Source: Eubacteriales bacterium (GTDB lineage Bacteria > Bacillota > Clostridia > Oscillospirales > CAG-382). Taken from it: DNA of 60,523 nt. A program made the position numbers and the translations under genes. Positions 58,201 through 60,523 of this stretch are shown here, piece by piece. The stretch's first letter is position 1, and each line of letters begins with the position of its first letter. The notes beneath the pieces are model-generated. The model was not told the origin of the DNA, made no database searches, and worked only from the letters and a program-made list of their open reading frames with translations. The stretch covers positions 1 to 60,523 of the forward strand of contig JAZOSQ010000058.1 in NCBI GenBank assembly GCA_045657245.1. The letters run 5' to 3'.

Positions 58201-58276
58201 TACATCGCGAAATTGAAAAAACTCGCGGTTGGGAAGGTACAGGTTTGTATTGGCTTACATCGCGAAATTGAAAAAA
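58201..58276 (+). repeat. Two perfect copies of the 21-nt motif TACATCGCGAAATTGAAAAAA
   Basis: The copies lie at 58201..58221 and 58256..58276, 55 nt apart start to start. The second copy runs directly into the SD of the downstream gene. Confidence 0.9.
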
Positions 58277-58289
58277 GGAGATATTGATT

Positions 58290-58790
58290 ATGAACGTATC
58301 TGAAAAGGCGGCATACATTAAAGGTCTTATGGAAGGTATGGAGATCGACACCAATAAAGGCGAAGGCAAGATCCTCGCTGCTATGGCTGATCTTCTCGAA
58401 GATCTTTCCCTTTCTATTCTCGATCTTGAAGACGAAACCGCAACTTTGAACGATTATATCGAAGAGCTTGACGAAGATCTCGGTGCAGTTGAAGAAGATC
58501 TTTACTGCGACGATGATTGCGACTGCGATTGCTGTGATTGCGATTGCGATTGCGACGATTATGACGATTGCGACTGCTGCGATTGTGATGATTGCGAAGA
58601 CGATTGCGATTGCTGTGATTGCTGCGAATGTCTCGAGCTCGAATGTCCTGCTTGCGGCGAACCCGTTTATATCGACGAATGCGACGTTGATGATATCGAC
58701 GAACTCGAATGTCCTTCTTGCGGACAGGTTCTCAACCTCGTTGAAGTTGAAGACGAAGAAGACGAAGACGAAGCAGAAGACGAAGAATAA
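58290..58790 (+). CDS. Acidic zinc-ribbon protein (CD1247 N-terminal-domain-like) with an internal Cys/Asp tract
   Basis: The ATG at 58290 lies 10 nt after AAAGGAG. The N-terminus SEKAAYIKGLMEGMEID...GKILAAMADLLEDL resembles what I recall as the CD1247 N-terminal domain family. The C-terminal CPACG...CPSCG forms a zinc ribbon, and the tail is poly-acidic. Confidence 0.8.
   Translation: MNVSEKAAYIKGLMEGMEIDTNKGEGKILAAMADLLEDLSLSILDLEDETATLNDYIEELDEDLGAVEEDLYCDDDCDCDCCDCDCDCDDYDDCDCCDCDDCEDDCDCCDCCECLELECPACGEPVYIDECDVDDIDELECPSCGQVLNLVEVEDEEDEDEAEDEE
58506..58631 (+). repeat. Coding low-complexity tract: 42 codons encoding 19 Cys, 20 Asp, 2 Glu and 1 Tyr
   Basis: The tract is built from degenerate TGC/TGT-GAT/GAC units (TGCGATTGCGATTGCGAC...) in frame with the CDS. 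Confidence 0.95.
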
Positions 58791-58800
58791 TTCTTAGAAC

Positions 58801-58846
58801 AAAAAATCGGCAGGCACCACGAAAGGTTGCTTGCCGATTTGATTTT
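58801..58846 (+). terminator. Hairpin plus U-rich tract between the zinc-ribbon gene and the amidohydrolase gene (possible partial terminator)
   Basis: A 9-bp stem (ATCGGCAGG / CTTGCCGAT) with a 15-nt loop is followed by TTTGATTTT. It ends only 12 nt before the next start codon. Confidence 0.5.
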
Positions 58847-58858
58847 GGTTAAGCGAAA

Positions 58859-59662
58859 ATGAACATCACAAGAGAAATTATTGACGTACATACACATATT
58901 TTTCCCGAAAAGCTTGCAACAAGAGCCGCTGACAACATTGTTAATTATTACGGCATTTCTCGTCAAGGCAGCGGCACGGCGGAAGGTCTTTTCGAGGGTG
59001 CTTCAAAGTTTGAAAACATCAGATTTGTTATTTCATCGGCAACCTTGAACCCCGCAAAAGCAGAAGTCGGAAACAACTTTCTTCTTGAAAATTCAAAGAA
59101 CGACGGTAGGTTCATTCCCCTTTCATCATTCCATCCCGCAATGGGATTTGATGCAGCCGTTTCCGAAATCGAAAGAACGAAGGGACTTGGTTCAAAGGGT
59201 ATTAAGATACATTCCGATTTTCAGCGGTTTTTTGTTGATGACGAAAACGCTATTGAAATCTATAAAGAATGTGCCCGTTTGAATATGCCCATTCTTTTCC
59301 ATGCAGGTGACAAGACGACCGATTTTTCAACACCGAAGCGTATTTTGAACGTTGCCAATAAAGTTCCGAACCTTGTTATTATTGCGGCGCATATGTGCGG
59401 TTACAGCGTTTGGGATGAGGCGGAGAAATATCTTATCGGTGCAAACGTTTATACCGACACGAGCGAAGCAATGCTGGGTATGGACGAAAAAGGGCTTTAC
59501 AACCTTATTGAAAAGCATGGCGTTGACAAGGTTATGTTTGGTAGTGACTACCCGCTTTGGAACACGAATTTTGCATTCGACGAGATCGAAAGAATCGGTC
59601 TTTCGGAAGAAGAAAAGGACAAAATATATTCAGGCAACGCAAAGAAGGTTTTTGGAGTTTGA
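58859..59662 (+). CDS. Metal-dependent amidohydrolase-fold hydrolase (amidohydrolase_2/TIM-barrel type)
   Basis: The 267-aa ORF has an N-terminal IDVHTHIF (HxH), later HAGD and AHMCGY, and a C-terminal FGSDYP motif. The RBS is weak. Confidence 0.82.
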   Translation: MNITREIIDVHTHIFPEKLATRAADNIVNYYGISRQGSGTAEGLFEGASKFENIRFVISSATLNPAKAEVGNNFLLENSKNDGRFIPLSSFHPAMGFDAAVSEIERTKGLGSKGIKIHSDFQRFFVDDENAIEIYKECARLNMPILFHAGDKTTDFSTPKRILNVANKVPNLVIIAAHMCGYSVWDEAEKYLIGANVYTDTSEAMLGMDEKGLYNLIEKHGVDKVMFGSDYPLWNTNFAFDEIERIGLSEEEKDKIYSGNAKKVFGV

Positions 59663-59676
59663 AATATTAAGGACAC

Positions 59677-59706
59677 GGGAGGGGAAACCCCTCCCCTACA
59701 TTTTTT
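59677..59706 (+). terminator. Rho-independent terminator
   Basis: An 8-bp GC-rich stem (GGGAGGGG / CCCCTCCC) with a 3-nt loop has TTTTTT a few nt downstream. Confidence 0.8.
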
Positions 59707-59862
59707 ATTGAAATAAACAACATAGACGTAAGTTTTTTCGTGTTTTCAAGGTAACGGACCGTCGAGGACGATAAGTCCCTACATAGGAAACAACAAGGCC
59801 AATATAAACAACTGAATGAGATTCTTCGCTTCGCTCAGAATGACAGTTGTGTATGTACCGAC

Positions 59863-59941
59863 TACACCGTGAAAATAAAAAACGTCTCGCGGGGAGAAGC
59901 TTCGAATTAAAAATCAACCTACACCGCGAAAATGAAAAAAC
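59863..59941 (+). repeat. Second pair of the 21-22-nt motif (degenerate copies)
   Basis: TACACCGTGAAAATAAAAAAC lies at 59863..59883 and TACACCGCGAAAATGAAAAAAC at 59920..59941, 57 nt apart. The orientation matches the pair at 58201..58276. Confidence 0.75.
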
Positions 59942-59971
59942 AAAAAATGCAACGGCGTAAAAACCGTTGCA
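59942..59971 (-). terminator. rpsU terminator
   Basis: A stem (TGCAACGG / CCGTTGCA) has a U-run on the minus strand (A-run at 59942..59947 on plus). Confidence 0.78.
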
Positions 59972-60013
59972 TTTATTTGTATTCTTATTCAGAACAAAAT
60001 CGCAGATATAAAC

Positions 60014-60190
60014 TTATCTGAACTTGCGCTTACGAGCCGCTTCGGACTTCTTCTTACGCTTTACGCTGGGCTTTTCGTAATGTTCTCTCTTACGAATTTC
60101 AGCCGGAACACCGCTTCTGAGATAGGATCTCTTGAATCTGCGGAGAGCGCTATCGATAGTTTCGTTTTCCTTAACTCTGATCTCTGCCAT
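60014..60190 (-). CDS. rpsU: 30S ribosomal protein S21
   Basis: This gene is absent from the ORF track because it is under 60 aa. My hand translation of the minus strand gives [58 protein letters not shown] (58 aa), a typical S21. A GGGAGGG RBS lies 8 nt upstream. Confidence 0.93.
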   Translation of the reverse strand: MAEIRVKENETIDSALRRFKRSYLRSGVPAEIRKREHYEKPSVKRKKKSEAARKRKFR

Positions 60191-60243
60191 TTTGTAACCC
60201 TCCCTTACATCCTGTTTACGAGGAAATTAAATCTAATGGTGAC

Positions 60244-60272
60244 ATTATATCAAAGCTTTCGACATATGTCAA
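60244..60272 (-). promoter_or_regulatory. Consensus sigma-A promoter of rpsU
   Basis: On the minus strand I read TTGACA (60272..60267), a 17-nt spacer, then TATAAT (60249..60244). Confidence 0.65.
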
Positions 60273-60312
60273 CAAAAGATTTAACTAATTTCCAATTAAA
60301 TTCGTTCTTAAA

Positions 60313-60523
60313 TTAAAGAGCGTTTTTTGCGGTTTCAACGAGGTTTGCAAATGCTTCCTTATCGTTGATTGCAAGTTCGCTGAGCATCTTACGGTTGAGT
60401 TCGATGCCGCTCTTCTTAAGACCGTACATGAAGCGAGAGTAGTTGATACCGTTTGCTTTGCATGCTGCGGAAATACGGGTAATCCAGAGAGAACGGAAGT
60501 CTCTCTTCTTCATTTTTCTGCCG
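60313..60523 (-). CDS. rplT: 50S ribosomal protein L20 (3' part; the 5' end lies beyond the window edge)
   Basis: The reading frame stays open to the window edge. [33 protein letters not shown] is the conserved L20 C-terminal half. Confidence 0.93.
   Translation of the reverse strand, partial: GRKMKKRDFRSLWITRISAACKANGINYSRFMYGLKKSGIELNRKMLSELAINDKEAFANLVETAKNAL

Noticed and set aside
58468-58797. An alternative-frame ORF encoding an (Ile/Ala/Thr)-rich hydrophobic peptide across the Cys/Asp tract, and a Ser-rich minus-strand ORF at 58667..58966.
   Set aside because: Both are frame-shifted readings of the TGCGAT/GAAGAC repeats. They have no RBS, and the main frame has conserved N- and C-terminal domains.
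58201-59941. The possibility that the repeated 21-nt motifs form a CRISPR array.
   Set aside because: There are only two copies per site, the spacers differ in nature (one contains a gene's SD), the copies are AT-rich and non-palindromic, and no cas genes are present in the window.
1-60523. Mobile elements, prophage, a defence island, tRNA or rRNA genes.
   Set aside because: I found no integrase, transposase, recombinase, restriction-modification, toxin-antitoxin or Cas-like ORFs, no long terminal inverted repeats, and no tRNA-like T-arm (GGTTCGAATCC-type) sequence in any gap. Gene content is core metabolism and information processing.

Overview
This 60.5-kb window is a chromosomal, mostly housekeeping segment from a spore-forming Firmicute, probably Clostridia. 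Supporting markers are PolC, AddAB, SpoIIR and a Cheo-type SOS box. I call about 55 CDS.

Gene content, left to right:
- Distal part of the S10 ribosomal operon (rpsJ-rplC-rplD-rplW-rplB-rpsS, minus strand).
- A plus-strand block: TSCPD protein, phosphohexomutase, fused MacB-type ABC transporter, Na/Pi cotransporter, YfhO, birA.
- A roughly 39-kb uninterrupted minus-strand array (16.8-56.0 kb): dapA-dapB-citrate synthase-aconitase-icd, an orphan GT2 synthase, dinB, uvrB-uvrA, a radical-SAM pair, a lipoprotein, pyrH-frr-uppS-cdsA-dxr-rseP-ispG-polC, a PHP phosphatase, an AsnC regulator plus aminotransferase, ispE, spoIIR and addB-addA.
- pepP-efp, an acidic zinc-ribbon protein, an amidohydrolase, rpsU (below the ORF-track size cutoff) and the 3' part of rplT.

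I see no rRNA, tRNA, CRISPR array, transposase, integrase or recognisable defence island.

I found no clear multi-gene novel system. The leads below are single genes or short non-coding elements:
- A 42-codon Cys/Asp-only tract inside the zinc-ribbon protein.
- Paired 21-nt repeats on either side of that locus, plus repeat-rich spacers.
- A small HIRAN-like ORF overlapping the addA stop.
- A protein of about 9% cysteine with a divergent membrane-protein partner.
- An uncharacterised radical-SAM pair translationally coupled to uvrA.
- A probably leaderless lipoprotein gene where rpsB-tsf normally sit.
- A recurring palindrome built on the -35 hexamer of three consensus promoters.

All functional calls come from reading motifs by eye, and no searches were run.
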